Below are positions 36,319 through 49,231 of a DNA stretch of 64,000 nt, piece by piece. The DNA comes from Cirrosporium novae-zelandiae (lineage: Eukaryota): the NCBI GenBank assembly GCA_026023565.1, contig JAPETS010000024.1, forward strand, positions 434,001 to 498,000. The letters run 5' to 3'. The notes beneath the pieces are model-generated. The model had not been told where the DNA came from and ran no database searches. It was given only the letters and a program-made list of their open reading frames with translations. Both the position numbers and the translations under genes were made by a program. Position 1 is the stretch's first letter. Every line of letters begins with the position of its first letter.

Positions 36319-39300
36319 TCAAACCAACCCGGAAGGTTCGCCCTTGTCACAATTGCTGCCTTTTTGTTCATTTGACTCTCTGGTATTACTTGGTTCCATC
36401 TCACTCATCGGAGTTCTGTAGCCCTCTAGGTCGTCATCAATATTCATATCTAGATCTGTCGTAAAGCCGTCACCCACCCCCGCTAAAATGCCAGTCATGT
36501 GACTAAAATGAGATTTTTTTTCATAATGTCCTGTAGTTTGGAGTGATCGGGGAGGCTCATCAGAGAAGGACCGAAGCCCGAGGCCAGAAAAGTCAAGCCG
36601 AGGATAAGAATTTGGTTGCAGCCGATAGATGTTGTGATCGATTTGGGGCCAATTTCTACTAGTTTCTGGAATCGGCCCTGGTGCATTGAGATCGAGAGCA
36701 CTGATGCTCGAGGGATAAGTGGGGTGTTGGTTGTTGTCAAGATAGGCGCTGAGTGGTTTTGGTGAGTTCTCATGTCCATGAGATGACGGAGGTCGCGATG
36801 TTTCGAATTTAGGGAGTGAGATCTGGAAATCCGAGTGTGTATCTCGGCATTGGATCTGGCTACCGCAAGGCTGTTCTAGAGAATTGATGGGGCTATGAAT
36901 AAGGGTTTGCCCGTGACATAAATGGTTGGCTAAAACATTGACGCGAAGGCCTTCATCCATGCTCATCGAATGCCTTTTAGGCGGTGATTGGGAAGCATCA
37001 TTGCTATCATGCAGAGATTGGCTCTGGGTTTGCGATATTTCTAACCCGAAATTCGGTAGAAATAGCTGTTCAATAAACTTACTGGCCCTCCCCGACGGCT
37101 TTGACTCTGACTGTACGAGAGACTTTAAAGAAGGTGATGGAGAGTTTGAAGGTCTTTCTGGCTGAAGTGGAGGTATGTTAGTCTCTGGGATAAATTTCGG
37201 AATCGAGTCCATGACGGATTCCTGCACCCTAGTATATTGTAGAGCATGCTTAGTGGGAGGGCCCGTTAAAGCCTTAGTCGGGTGTTCTGAAATTTCGATA
37301 TTACGCCCCTCCTCACTTTGCTGGACCTCAAAATTTGGAAGGAGATCTGAAGACTCAGTCGGTACCCCACAGTCATCTGCGGCTGCTGATCGTGATGCAA
37401 TCTTGAAGGATGGCAAGGGATCAGACACGTGGTTGACAAGGCACTCTGCAGGAGGATCAGCACTCGGCACAAAATGTTGCGTTTCCTGTTCTCTGATACG
37501 ACATAGATAGTCGTCGACTGGTACTCTCCTTGACTTCTGGGCAGGAGAGTCAATGGACCCAGGTTTATGCGATACGTTTAATTTGACTTCGGGCTGTTCT
37601 TCAGTAAAGGTGAGAAGATCGGTAGAATCCTGGGCGGGATTTGAAGCGTTGGTGGGCCCCACAAGAGGCGAAGTGATAGCTCCTGCACGGAATTCTGATA
37701 GTAGATCTGGTTGAATAGATTTTGGAATTGCTTCGTTAGATTCTGAAAACTTTTCGTCACTGGATTCCGAGATATGATTTTTTTGTTCTATATTTTTGGT
37801 TTCGGGGACCGTGTCCGCATGCTGTACAAATGATTTACTAGGGTCCGAAAGGTGTCCTATAGGAGATACGTTAGGATGGTCACATGGGTGGGTGTTTGAG
37901 GGTTCAAAGGGCATCCCTAGGGAAAAGGTAGGAGTTGGCCAAAACCGAGTAGGTTCCATGTGGAAGGGGTCGAAAGGAGGAGGGGCTATGCGAGGCCTGA
38001 CACAAAACCTCCAGGGGGATTCCGCGAGTGGCTTGCAAGAAAAGCCAGGAAACGATGTAGTATTGATACTTTTTGTGATAGGCGTGGCTTTGGTCGTTGG
38101 ATCAGCACTGCCAGGACGAGGTTCTAAAGCTGGAGGATCGGCTAAATGACTGAGGAATCGCTCAAGATGAGTTCCTGAAGCTGTTCGCTGAAGAGTCTCC
38201 TTTGGGTCTGTGGTAGTTGGGATATTTGATGGATTAGGCATTGCTTCTAATGTTATATAATTCAGAAGAGCGGGTTCTTCATCCAGACGTGTCAGGTAAT
38301 CTCTAGCAGCGTTCGGTACAGGGCCTGATGATTGAATCGAACCTTCATCGATATCTTCCGGAATTTTGTCCAGTGTTTCCGTTACAACTGGAGGACCGTG
38401 CGAACTGGTACTGTTATGACAGCCTTTAAGGATTTTGAGGTCATTTTCATCGAAAGATCCCTTTTCCATGAGATAATGAGCGCCACCAAGTTGAATGTTA
38501 TCCCACTTCTGTGTCGCATCTGGCGCAATAGTGCTATAGCGACCCTCTTCTTTGGTACCCGGTTCTTGGGAACCAGTTGCAGAGCTTGGTCGAACTCTCT
38601 CAAGCTCAAGCTCGGTCATCTCAGGCGGTGGAGATCGGCCTCTACGGTCTAGGCGATATGCTCCCGAGTTAACATATTGTAAGTCAGCTGACCCGGGTGG
38701 ATTGACAAACGTGCGACCAGTGCTTGATAGATTCTCGGGAGATGGCTGGCTTGGTTGAGTTGTTCTAAAACGGTAGACATCATCATGAGCGACCGATTCA
38801 GAAACATCCGTAAGCTGTTCTTTGGGCCTGCATGGAAGTGATACCCCTAACCTATAATCTGAACCTGGCGATGGGCATACCCTTGCTGCTTCACTGTCAA
38901 TGGTCGGGAACATTTTAAGAAGCTGCGCAGCCGATTTTCTGTCTTGTGGCCTATCACTCAAACAGATATTGACAATCTCACGATAGTAATCTTTAATTTC
39001 TGGTTTTGCCTGATCCAAAGTTAACGGCCTTGGTTGACGTTCTGGCTCATCTTCTTCTTGGGCCAATGCCCATAATGTCATTCCTAGCTGATACAGATCG
39101 GATTTGACCCCAATATACATGGAGATACGTTGTCCTCCTTCGATCTTCTTGCGAATTTCAGGCGGTTCCCATCCGACGGGACACCCCCGACGATTTATGT
39201 CAATGATCTTCGCATTGTCGTGGTCGTCAACAACAATATTGGACAGTGTAAAATCTCCTTGTACAAAGCCCGCTTCGTGTATCTCGGAAAGACCATTTAC

Positions 39301-40584
39301 AATCTGCTTCGCCCATTTTTCCCTACGACTCCATTCAAGCTGACCCTTGAAATCGTAGAGAAGATCTACTAGTGCTCCCTGCTCAGCGAAAGAAAGAAGT
39401 AGACCTTTCACTACCTCATATCTGTCATCAACAACAACACCCTGGAACTGAATGACATTTGAAGCTTCAGACAGATCATGCAAGGCATTGATTTCATATA
39501 GGAATTCATCAACGGTATCGGGTCCAGGAATTTCCTTTTTGATAAATATTTCATCCCTTACTTTCACCTTATACACAAACCCTGACAGGTGAGAGACAAA
39601 TTCAAGATCCTTCTCGGGGATGACCTCGCAGCCTAAGTATTGTACACTGATTATTGGTGGATACGGTATTATCTCGTTCATGTCCTCGGTGACATGTACA
39701 TGTAGCCGGTCATTGCTTGTTTCGAGCTTCAGATTGGTAACAGTATCATAAAACTGGATCTCGGCCAGAGAATCACGTATCGATTCATATATTCTGGCGC
39801 TTTTGTCACGCTGGTACTGTAGCTCTTGGAGGTCTCTTTCTAACGAATCAGGTGGGGCTTTTCGATAATCACAGGATACAGTGACCCTTCTCCACCTGTT
39901 GGGTGTTTCGGCATAGGTAATAAAGAATTTTTCTCGGTCTGACTTATCCCTGAAGTGCATACTCAAGTTGAGAATCCATTTCGTATCTAATTCGTGCTGT
40001 AGCATGTCTTCCGCCTCTGCATCATAGGCATCTGCATCTACATCTGAACCCGGCCCTATCTCGGAGGCGTCGGCGGAGGGAAAGTTTGGTGGTAGAGGTG
40101 GTTCGTCGAATGCATCTTGAGTCTCACCAAACTCATTCTTAAAGGTACTTGTAGGAACGTCTTCTAGCTCGTTGATATTGTTGTTGTTATCGGTATCTGG
40201 AAAAATTGAGGCTGCACTCGGAGCGGATGTCACCTGTTGGAGGGCGGAACTTCCAAGAAGACTTAGGGCTCTTCTACGGTCCGCCGAAGCAGCTCTCCGC
40301 TCATCAGTGCAAGGTTGGTGTGGTGATAGTTTCTCACGCTTTTCAGAATTCAGACGTTGAAAGGTGGGAGCTCGGGGAATTCCAGCAACGACTTTTCTTG
40401 ACTTGGGATGTTCCTCGCCAGGTATCTGAAGATCTTCCTCCATACCGATAGATCCGTCTTCTTTTCCGAGCCATTGGGGTAATCTGGAAATCCATGATCT
40501 CTGCCACATGCTATGTGTCGGTATGATCTCTTCGGACTCTGGGGGAAAGGTACGCGGGGGACGGCTGGCAATTGAAACACTCAT
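36319..40584 (-). CDS. Atypical Ser/Thr protein kinase-domain protein with a long disordered C-terminal tail
   Basis: 1421-aa ORF. Kinase-like segments HLSGFVYKV, FIKKE, FLYEINAL, GFVQGDFTLSNIVV, KIIDIN, WEPPE and KSDLYQLGMTLW. Confidence 0.85.
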   Translation of the reverse strand: MSVSIASRPPRTFPPESEEIIPTHSMWQRSWISRLPQWLGKEDGSIGMEEDLQIPGEEHPKSRKVVAGIPRAPTFQRLNSEKREKLSPHQPCTDERRAASADRRRALSLLGSSALQQVTSAPSAASIFPDTDNNNNINELEDVPTSTFKNEFGETQDAFDEPPLPPNFPSADASEIGPGSDVDADAYDAEAEDMLQHELDTKWILNLSMHFRDKSDREKFFITYAETPNRWRRVTVSCDYRKAPPDSLERDLQELQYQRDKSARIYESIRDSLAEIQFYDTVTNLKLETSNDRLHVHVTEDMNEIIPYPPIISVQYLGCEVIPEKDLEFVSHLSGFVYKVKVRDEIFIKKEIPGPDTVDEFLYEINALHDLSEASNVIQFQGVVVDDRYEVVKGLLLSFAEQGALVDLLYDFKGQLEWSRREKWAKQIVNGLSEIHEAGFVQGDFTLSNIVVDDHDNAKIIDINRRGCPVGWEPPEIRKKIEGGQRISMYIGVKSDLYQLGMTLWALAQEEDEPERQPRPLTLDQAKPEIKDYYREIVNICLSDRPQDRKSAAQLLKMFPTIDSEAARVCPSPGSDYRLGVSLPCRPKEQLTDVSESVAHDDVYRFRTTQPSQPSPENLSSTGRTFVNPPGSADLQYVNSGAYRLDRRGRSPPPEMTELELERVRPSSATGSQEPGTKEEGRYSTIAPDATQKWDNIQLGGAHYLMEKGSFDENDLKILKGCHNSTSSHGPPVVTETLDKIPEDIDEGSIQSSGPVPNAARDYLTRLDEEPALLNYITLEAMPNPSNIPTTTDPKETLQRTASGTHLERFLSHLADPPALEPRPGSADPTTKATPITKSINTTSFPGFSCKPLAESPWRFCVRPRIAPPPFDPFHMEPTRFWPTPTFSLGMPFEPSNTHPCDHPNVSPIGHLSDPSKSFVQHADTVPETKNIEQKNHISESSDEKFSESNEAIPKSIQPDLLSEFRAGAITSPLVGPTNASNPAQDSTDLLTFTEEQPEVKLNVSHKPGSIDSPAQKSRRVPVDDYLCRIREQETQHFVPSADPPAECLVNHVSDPLPSFKIASRSAAADDCGVPTESSDLLPNFEVQQSEEGRNIEISEHPTKALTGPPTKHALQYTRVQESVMDSIPKFIPETNIPPLQPERPSNSPSPSLKSLVQSESKPSGRASKFIEQLFLPNFGLEISQTQSQSLHDSNDASQSPPKRHSMSMDEGLRVNVLANHLCHGQTLIHSPINSLEQPCGSQIQCRDTHSDFQISLPKFETSRPPSSHGHENSPKPLSAYLDNNQHPTYPSSISALDLNAPGPIPETSRNWPQIDHNIYRLQPNSYPRLDFSGLGLRSFSDEPPRSLQTTGHYEKKSHFSHMTGILAGVGDGFTTDLDMNIDDDLEGYRTPMSEMEPSNTRESNEQKGSNCDKGEPSGLV

Positions 40585-42757
40585 TCAGAAGGACGTCATC
40601 CGAGGCGATGGGCATTGGCCAGCTGTTCATGGATTTGTTGCACGAGAATCGATGGCAATTGACGCGGGCTGCCATATGAGCGTAATCCGTGAGTCCAGAT
40701 AGGCAAAGTCTTATGTAGGTATGCGTTTGCAAAAGTGTTGTAGAGGAACGGCCTCAATTGAGGGTTCCAGAAGGGTGTTGGTGCAGACAGTATTAGACAA
40801 CGACAGGAATGAAGCAAAAGGGCCGCCCATGTGCAGTTTGATATCAGTTTCAACAAATATGATTGTGGGATGTAGTGAGGCTTTCAAGTTTCGCCTGAGA
40901 GTGTTGGAAGTTGTGGAAGAAGAAGCGGTAGGACATATTGGAAGACACCGACAAGACACCGGCGGGATGTTGTCATGCCCTGATGGCTGGGGGGGGGGAG
41001 TATTTTGGCGGGCTGGACTTTTGGGCGATAGGGAATGGGGGGGTAATCTGGTAGGCTGGCATGGCAGTGGGCAGGTAATGGCTGGGCTTAAGGAAGCTAG
41101 GCGTGTTAGGCGTGCTAGGGACAGCTAAAGAAGCCTAGAGAAGCTAGACGGGACTTTAAAGAACCTAGAAAACCTAGAAAGTACTAGTTCACAAATATCA
41201 CCATTACCATCAAGCAAAACTTTGTGAACCCCAAACTTTGGACCACTGACCGTCAATTATTATCCTCAACTGCAAGGCTGCCCTATTTTGCGAGGCTGTC
41301 GATATTGACTGACACTGACTGACTGACCTTAACAAACACTGACACCTTGACACCTTTGACACTTTGACATTTACAAATCCAATTGAACTTAAGAATATTC
41401 TTAGGCCATTTCATCTTCTGGATAATCTTCTGGTTCCAATGACTTCTCACCTTGAAAAAAAAAGAAAAAAAAGAAAAGAAAAAGAAAATGAGAAGAAGAA
41501 AAAATACAAAAAAATACAAAAACAAAAAATACAAGATCCGAGTTGGTACAGTACATGAAACCAAAGCAATATTACGGCTCAGTGAGGCCCAGTGAGGCCC
41601 AGGAAGAGCCCAGGAAGGCCAGGCTACAGGCCTTAGCTACCTGCTACCTACCCTCCAACTATATAGCAACGCCATGGCCTTGCAGACTAAATACCAGCCC
41701 AAAGCACCCCCTCAGTTTCCTACCCGAATTCCCAAATTTCTCACCTGTTACCTCAAAAGAGCCTCCAAAAATTTTCGGGAAGTTGTGGCCGGTTGAAAAT
41801 TTTCTTTCGTCCCCTCACGCCGCATACTTTTTCGTTTTGTTTCTACCAATGAAGTTGAGCCACCAACGCTGATGTTGTTGGGCATCATTCCCATCCGTAC
41901 TCCCATGCCCAAGAACCGTTTCCGTGGACCAAGCAGGCATCATGCATAAAAGCAAAGCAATCAATGAGAAGTACGTGTCTTGTTCCATTCAATGACCTGC
42001 CCCACGACCAAATCTACTCATCGTCCCTCAGGATTCGTCTCAGACCTCTTTCTCGAGTGCTTTAAAAAGGTGGTCAAAGGAGGTCTTGCGTTTTCTCCTA
42101 CTCCACTTTGCGACCTCCCCGTTACGCTTGCTTCTTTTTGGTCGCTACGGCCCGTTGCGTTCATGGTGAACTGCAGAGGATCATAGAGAGATCACCCACC
42201 GTCTAATAAGAAAGAAATTCCTAGCGATGCTGTTAACAAGGAAGAACCTGCATTCATGTGAAGAACTTGTGTTATGCTGGACCTATTCCGTAACATTCAT
42301 CTGGAGTAGCTGTGTAGCTTCTAACATAGTATGGTTCATAAAAAATGCCATCAAAAAAACATCTCACTTCTTTTGGTAAATGGCCCAAGAGCCTCCCACT
42401 GCCACCTCGACATCAAAAAGTGCAAAGCATTGACACTGTCATATGATTGCCATATGGCAAAATATTCATGGAGACGACAGATATTTATTGGTTTCTAATA
42501 CAATTCAAAAGTCCGCACTGTGTGCTGGGCTTGAAATTCATCTCCAATCATCACAATAGCTCAATATACATGGTATGGCAAAACTCCTGGAGTGGGGATC
42601 AGTACAACTGCTTTCAAGTACCAATAGATCTCTCTAACTCCTTTCCGGTTTCATCCACGCCTTTTCCCCTCCCGGATCCGAATCTAGAGGTCTGGGACTC
42701 TTTTGATGCTGATAAACGCTCAAGCAAAATGTACATTCGTGAATTATAGAGATATGA

Positions 42758-45700
42758 TCATGCATCATCTTCGCTTCTATCCTTAGTATGTTCTGACTGC
42801 GTCAATTGCTCCTTCCACAGATTATTTGCTTCATTTTTATCAATATCTTTGAAAACAATGTCAAAAACATCCGAGTACCATTTTACAGGATGCCCTTCGA
42901 CGCCCTTTTTGATGTTCTGTGACGAAGTAGATTAGCCTGTGATCATGAACTAATGATTACCGGTAGTAGATCGGCTTACCTCTGGGAGCTCTAACCAGTC
43001 AGACATGTTATCGGCTGGAAATATGATTGACTGAGCTCCTGCTCGCCGAGCTGCTACGGTCTTCTCTCGTAGGCCACCGATTCGCAATACCTTGCCAGTT
43101 ACGGTAAGTTCACCAGTCATCGCTATCGTTGGGTCAAGGGGCGTCTTCAAAGCTAAGGATAAAAGAGAGGTGGCCATGGTGATGCCAGCAGAAGGTCCTA
43201 AAGTACACACGTGTTAGAGTATCCTTGATGTGCCTGCAGATCAAAAACGTTTCACTCACCATCTTTTTGTACAGCGCCTTCTGGGCAGTGCAAGTGAACC
43301 TTTGCCTTTTCGAAAAACCTGTTGCCAGGGAACTGATGGGCCATTACAGACTTTGCGAAAGAATAAGCAATATTGGTAGATTCCTTCATCACATTCTTTA
43401 GGTTTCCGGTGCGCTCGAAGCTTGGTCGAGAGGAAGGAGATAAAGTACCCTCCAGTATAGACTCAACATAGAGAGCGGCGCCGCCCATGCTCGTCCATGC
43501 CAATCCCATGGCGACGCCAGGAGGAGTTATATCGTACAGTCGGTCAGAAGTGAAAACCGGAGATCCAACGTAATCTTTGAGGTTGTCCTTTGAAATGCTA
43601 ACATGCACAGTGTCAGGAACTTTCAAGGCCACACGAGGAACCTCTGTAGTTTCCTTTTCAATTGCTTCTGGTGTCTCCTTGACATCCGTTTGATCCTTTT
43701 CGGACTCAGCTTGAGCTGCTTTGCCTTCCTTAGTCAGAGCTTTGTCTTCAGAAAGTACATCCTCGCCAACATCTTCAACTATCTTCAAGGCAGACTTTCG
43801 GTAAACCTTTTCGATTTGTTTCTTTAAGTTCCGAACACCACTCTCCCTGCAATAGGACTTGATGAGTTCTTCCAGTGCATCCTTTGTCAAGGTAACATCG
43901 ACATCTTTGAGACCGCTGAGGTCTTTTGCTTGTGGCGCAAGATATTTTTCAGCAATCGCCATCTTCTCATCGGCAACATAACCCGATAATTCAATCACCT
44001 CCATACGGTCAAGTAGTGGTCGAGGAATTGTATCGGACATGTTGGCAGTACAAACAAATAATACCTTGGAAAGATCGACGGGGACATCCAAGTAATGATC
44101 GAGAAATGAAGAATTCTGTTCAGGGTCTAGGAGTTCTAGTAGAGCTGAAGCAGGATCTCCTTGAACGCCTCGCCCAAGTTTATCGACCTCGTCAATGAGA
44201 ATCAATGGATTTTCAGTTTGGCATTTTTTGAGAGCTTGGATAACACGACCAGGAAGTGCGCCAACATAGGTCCGTCGGTGGCCCTTGATCTCAGCAACAT
44301 CTGTCAAACCGCCCACACTGAATCTATAATATTGTCGATTTAACGCACGGGCAATAGACTTTCCGATGCTAGTTTTACCGACACCTGGAGGGCCAACGAA
44401 GCATAGAATCTTACCTTCAACGGTTCCTCTCAGTTTTCCTACAGCGATAAATTCTAGTATGCGGTCTTTAACGTCTTGTAGCCCATAGTGGTCCTCATCA
44501 AGGACTGATTTGGCGTTCTTAATACCAAAATTTTCGGCGCTCTGCTGACCCCAAGGTATTTGTGTTAACCAGTCTAGGTAGTTTCGGGTAACGTTGAACT
44601 CTGATGCCGCAGCCTCAAGATGGGATAGTTTGTTCAATTCTTCATCGAATACTTTCTTGACGGCTTCGGGCATAGCAAGTTTCTTGCTTTTTTCCTTAAA
44701 CTTCTCTACCAGCTTGTCTTTGCCATCAGATTCGATTCCTAGTTCGCGCTTAATTCCTTTCATCTGTTCCATCAGCCAATACTCGCGTTGGCGTTTTTGG
44801 ATCTTGGCTTCAACATCCTTGGAAATCTTTGATTGCAGCTGGGCATTCATGAGCTCTTTTTTAAGTACCAGTAAAGCTTTAGACAGACGTTCCTCGACAT
44901 TTAAACTCTCAAGAACATCTTGCAGTTCTTTTGTCTCTCCTTGAGATACAGCAGCCGCAAAATCTGCGAGCTTTGCTGGTTCATCAATGACATTTCCGGC
45001 AGATTGACTCATTGAGAAAGTTGATATCTGGTCCCGGAATAGAGGGTTGAGATTCGCAACCTCTTTGAAAACATTGACAATTTCGCTCGTGACAGCGCGA
45101 ATGATAGGGCTCTTTTTGTCGTGGATTTCTTCAATCAAGTTTTCGACGTTGACCAAGCTAACTGGGTATTTTCGGAGGAAGGAAGTTGGCTCATAAGGCT
45201 GTATATCTTTGGGGGGTTTCTCTGAAGAGACTTCCTCGAAGCTCGCCACAACATCTCCTTTGCTGTCGGTGGCTATCTCTAGGCTTGGCCCTTCATCTGA
45301 ATGTTGGGTTTTTATCGTCTCGGCAGATTTCTTCGGTTCCTGGGAGCCGCTGGGAGGATATAAACTGGACATTTTGATGCGACGATGAGGATATAAGACT
45401 GCAGTTAGGGTATTATCGACAGGAAATGCACTAGTGATCTGCGCAAATACGCCCACATCATGTACTTCATCCATATTATCTATAACGTCCTTCTCTGCCT
45501 CCTCGTCTTTAAATAGAAAGGCTCCCACATATGGTTGTCCTCTTTTCATCATTTCTTGTATTGCTGAAGCAACATTCGGATCGCGTATCGTGATAGCTTT
45601 GTAGAATCCTGGAAATAATGGTCGCTTTGCTATTGGTATAGCCATAACTTGTGGGTAAACGTCAGGCACCGAAGGTTTCTGTAATGCCCGCTCGGACGGG

Positions 45701-46182
45701 GCTTTCCTCCCCTTCTTTCCTCCTTCATGGCCGCTTGATCCTGATTCCCCGCCACCAGAGGTAGAACTAGCTTTGGTCTCGGAGGATTTGAGGGAGGCGG
45801 AGACCGGTATTGGTTCTGGTGGTTCAGGATCTTTACTCCGGCCCTCGACAGAGTCCTCCTCTTTAGGCGATCCAAGGTCTTTTTTATCTTTGGCGTCCTC
45901 GCCTTTACCCTCTTCTTTACTAGCCTCTTGCTCTTTCTCATTGTCCCCTCTTCGACGATCTCTTAGCCTTGAACTTGATGTGGAGAAGGTCGATGTTTGA
46001 ATCTGGTGTATAGAGTACACGGCAGGGATTGGGCGCCATGACCTTTGGTGCTGCACGGAGAAAGACGGAGACAATCGCAGGCTGCTATATAGCCTCTGAG
46101 GAGGAAGTGGGCGTAATTTAAACTCATCGGGGCGGCAATTGCGGAGCAAAGCTCTCAATGGTAAATTCTTCCTATAGATCAT
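42758..46182 (-). CDS. PIM1: Mitochondrial Lon protease; exons 46182-43260, 43197-42980, 42916-42758
   Basis: Arg/Ser-rich presequence, Lon N domain (PLFPGFYK), Walker A GPPGVGKT, Walker B LIDEVDK. Catalytic Ser motif KDGPSAG spans intron 1; catalytic Lys is in IGGLREK. Confidence 0.95.
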
Positions 46183-46593
46183 GCTCCAAAAAACCGTCCC
46201 CAAGTTCAAATAATATAGAGAATTAAACCTTGACCTACGATAATCAACAAAAGGAGACAGGTGGTGGTAGGTATAGGAAAGAAGAGATTGCACAGAAACA
46301 AGCGTAACAGATTAAAAAGGTTTTCTGTAATCGTAAAATGTATTACAGAATTACAAATGACGCCAGGGGACTTTCGGAAATATGTTTTTTCGGCCTTACT
46401 TAAAAGCCGACCTCTAGAACCTTTCCCGAATGGGTACATTTAAGTTCCGAGATTTCGATTTTATGCCCTTCTAGATGATTCGTTTTACCGGCTGCTTCGT
46501 GCAGGACTTTCTAACATTTTTCTACTGCAATCACCTCTAACCATTCAATTCTTATATGGATACCCTCTCCCCTCCTTGAAACTTGTCCTCAAG
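46183..46593. promoter_or_regulatory. Bidirectional promoter between PIM1 and MDJ1 with HSE-like TTCnnGAA units
   Basis: Divergent ATGs ~410 bp apart. CTCtaGAAcctTTCccGAA at 46412-46430. Confidence 0.55.
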
Positions 46594-48380
46594 ATGAATG
46601 CAATCGGACCCCGGTTGGTTCAAAGAACTGCCGTGTGTTCGCGATTATGGAACACTGCTGTCTGTTGCCAAAATCATGGCGAGCTGCTTATTCGAAGGGC
46701 TCAGACTCGGAATTACTATGCGCACAGTCGAGCTTCGTTTGACCGGCGTGCCCAGACATCGAAAAACAGACTGTTAGTTGAACCTCCGCAACGAAGGGTA
46801 AGCTTAAAAATGTCTAGTAGAGCTAGGATTTATCTTCACTACATAGCTTGACAATTACAATATCTACGCTGCCCCGGATATATTAGCTAACACTTGTATC
46901 TGTATATTAGGTTTTTCACGCCTCACCCTCGTCATATGCAACCCAGAAAAACCCTTACCATGTACTAGGCGTGGATAAAAACGCCTCACCATCTGATATA
47001 AAAAAAGCGTATTATTCTCTCGCAAAGAAATATCATCCTGATACAAACAAGGACCCCTCAGCAAAAGAGAAATTCACAGAAGCGCAGGGAGCTTATGAAT
47101 TACTATCAGACCCCAAGAAAAAGCAGGCATTTGATCAATATGGATCCGCTGCCTTTGATCAGAACGGGGGCTTCGATCCCAATGCCGGTGGAAATCCCTT
47201 TACTAGCGCTGGAGGATTTGGCGGACCCTTTAGTGGTAGTGGTGGAGGGTTTGGAGAATCCGGGTTTAGTTTCGAGGATCTTTTTGGTGCATTTGCAGGA
47301 GGTGGACGACGCGGAAGGAACTCCCGGAGATCGCCATTTGAGCAGGAATCAATTCTTATCGGTGATGATATCGAGGTACAAACCAACATATCCTTCATGG
47401 ACGCGGCGAAGGGAACTAGCAGAGACATCTTTATCACACCTTTGGTCGAGTGCAGAACGTGTCATGGCAGCGGTTTGAAACAGGGTACAAAACGACAAGA
47501 GTGTAGGAAATGTAATGGAACAGGTACCAGAGTCCATGTTATGGCTGGAGGCGCTTTCCAAATGAGTTCCACTTGTGATGCCTGCGGGGGTTCGGGAGTG
47601 GCTATCCCTCGAGGATCTGAATGCGGTACCTGTTCCGGGAATGGAGTTATCCGTGAGAGGAAGACGGTGGCTGTAGACATTCCAGGAGGTGTCGAGGATG
47701 GTATGCGACTACGGGTTTCCGGTGAAGGAGATGCGCCAATCACAGGCGCCGCAGCAAACCCAAGCTCGCGATCCACCAGAGGAGATTTGTTTGTTCATAT
47801 CCGAGTTGCTTCGGATCCAAAATTCAGCCGGTCAGGAGCCGACGTGTTATATACAGCATCCATTCCACTGACGACGGCTCTCCTTGGAGGAGAGGTAAAA
47901 ATACCAACCTTAGATGGAGACGTCAAGGTCAAAGTCGCAACCGGTACAGGCACCGGGGATAAGATCACACTCGGTGGGATGGGAATGCGGAAGATTGGAA
48001 GCAGGAGAGGGGCAACGGGCGATTTACGAGTGGAATTTAAGGTGACAATGCCGAAATATCTGACAACGAATCAACGAACTATACTTGAGATGCTTGCAGA
48101 CGAGTTGGGGGATACTACAGCAAAACGGGTGATGAATATTGGAAAAGAGCAGAGGTAATCTTGTAATGGCCGAATCCGATGATTTGAGCTGACAATTTCT
48201 ACCAGCTCATCATCATCCGCATCGGATTCTGCTGATTCACATCAGAACGAAGGATTTATCAAATCAGCATGGCATAAACTAACAGGCCAACATGATAACC
48301 TAATGGATGAATCCAAAGACGAATCAAAGGACAAAAAAGGCCCAGATGAAAAGTTCAAAAAGGGATCTGGGTCTAACTAG
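46594..48380 (+). CDS. MDJ1: Mitochondrial type I DnaJ co-chaperone; exons 46594-46797, 46911-48154, 48206-48380
   Basis: Presequence ending ...RRVFHAS, J domain with HPD, G/F-rich region, four CxxCxGxG repeats and a C-terminal substrate-binding domain. Confidence 0.93.
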
Positions 48381-49231
48381 AAAGACCTATGGGGGCATGT
48401 ACTGACCGGGTGTATTATTTGGAACATTTTGATATCCTGGTGATGGCGAAGTCTGGGACAGAGATGGGAATCCCAGAACTTGGGGTATATTCAGCGGATC
48501 AGACATGCCCCTAGGTTCATAGGTCTCCATTTCCGCTGTTATGGCTGGTGATTGATGCATATGAAAAAGATAGATGTACTATAGAACTTGTTCGTAGTGA
48601 ATAATGACAGTATTGCTTGCAACTCAAATATGTACAGTACATTAACTTCTTCAACTAGTTGGCCCGTATTGGTGGGCACATTTTTCTGCAGCTGCATCTC
48701 AGTAAAGAATAGAGCCGATAGGTTCTGGATTCAATTGGGAAATGTAGTGTGGTGGGAATTGGTCGATAATAATTACCTAGGTAGTTGCTGTAGTAGAGCA
48801 TGAGCCGGATATTGGAGAAGGGGGGCCCTTGGTCAGTGATTAGATAGCATAGCCGCCGCCAACTTTCGTCACATCAGGTAGCTAGACACACCTAGATCAT
48901 CTTGCCCTCCGTGCCCTCCTCTCCAATAATGAATCTTCTAACAACCGATCTCTGACCTCCGCATATTATGTACACGATAATTACCAATGTCGCGAATGCG
49001 GTAAACCAGAGGAGCTGCGATTTTATCTCCATGCCATTAATCCGGAAAGGTGCAGATACCGAAGCAACGTTGTAATCTCCCACCTGGCAATTTGTTGGAA
49101 TTCCAGTGGGGTCTATGAACGAGTTGGTCCTTTCCTAGGACACCTTGATCTACCTTACATATATCGGCCTCGATAGCCCAAATTTAGCTTCCTGGTCGCT
49201 CTTGTGAACCTTCATCGGTGCTATCTACACA

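Noticed and set aside
40511..41128. Short ORFs upstream of the kinase as extra exons or genes
   Set aside because: An in-frame TGA directly precedes the kinase ATG, no clear splice path was found, and there is no recognisable domain; they may be only incidental uORFs.
46183..46293. ORF-track extension of Lon to a GTG start at 46293
   Set aside because: Eukaryotic gene; ATG 46182 begins a typical mitochondrial presequence.
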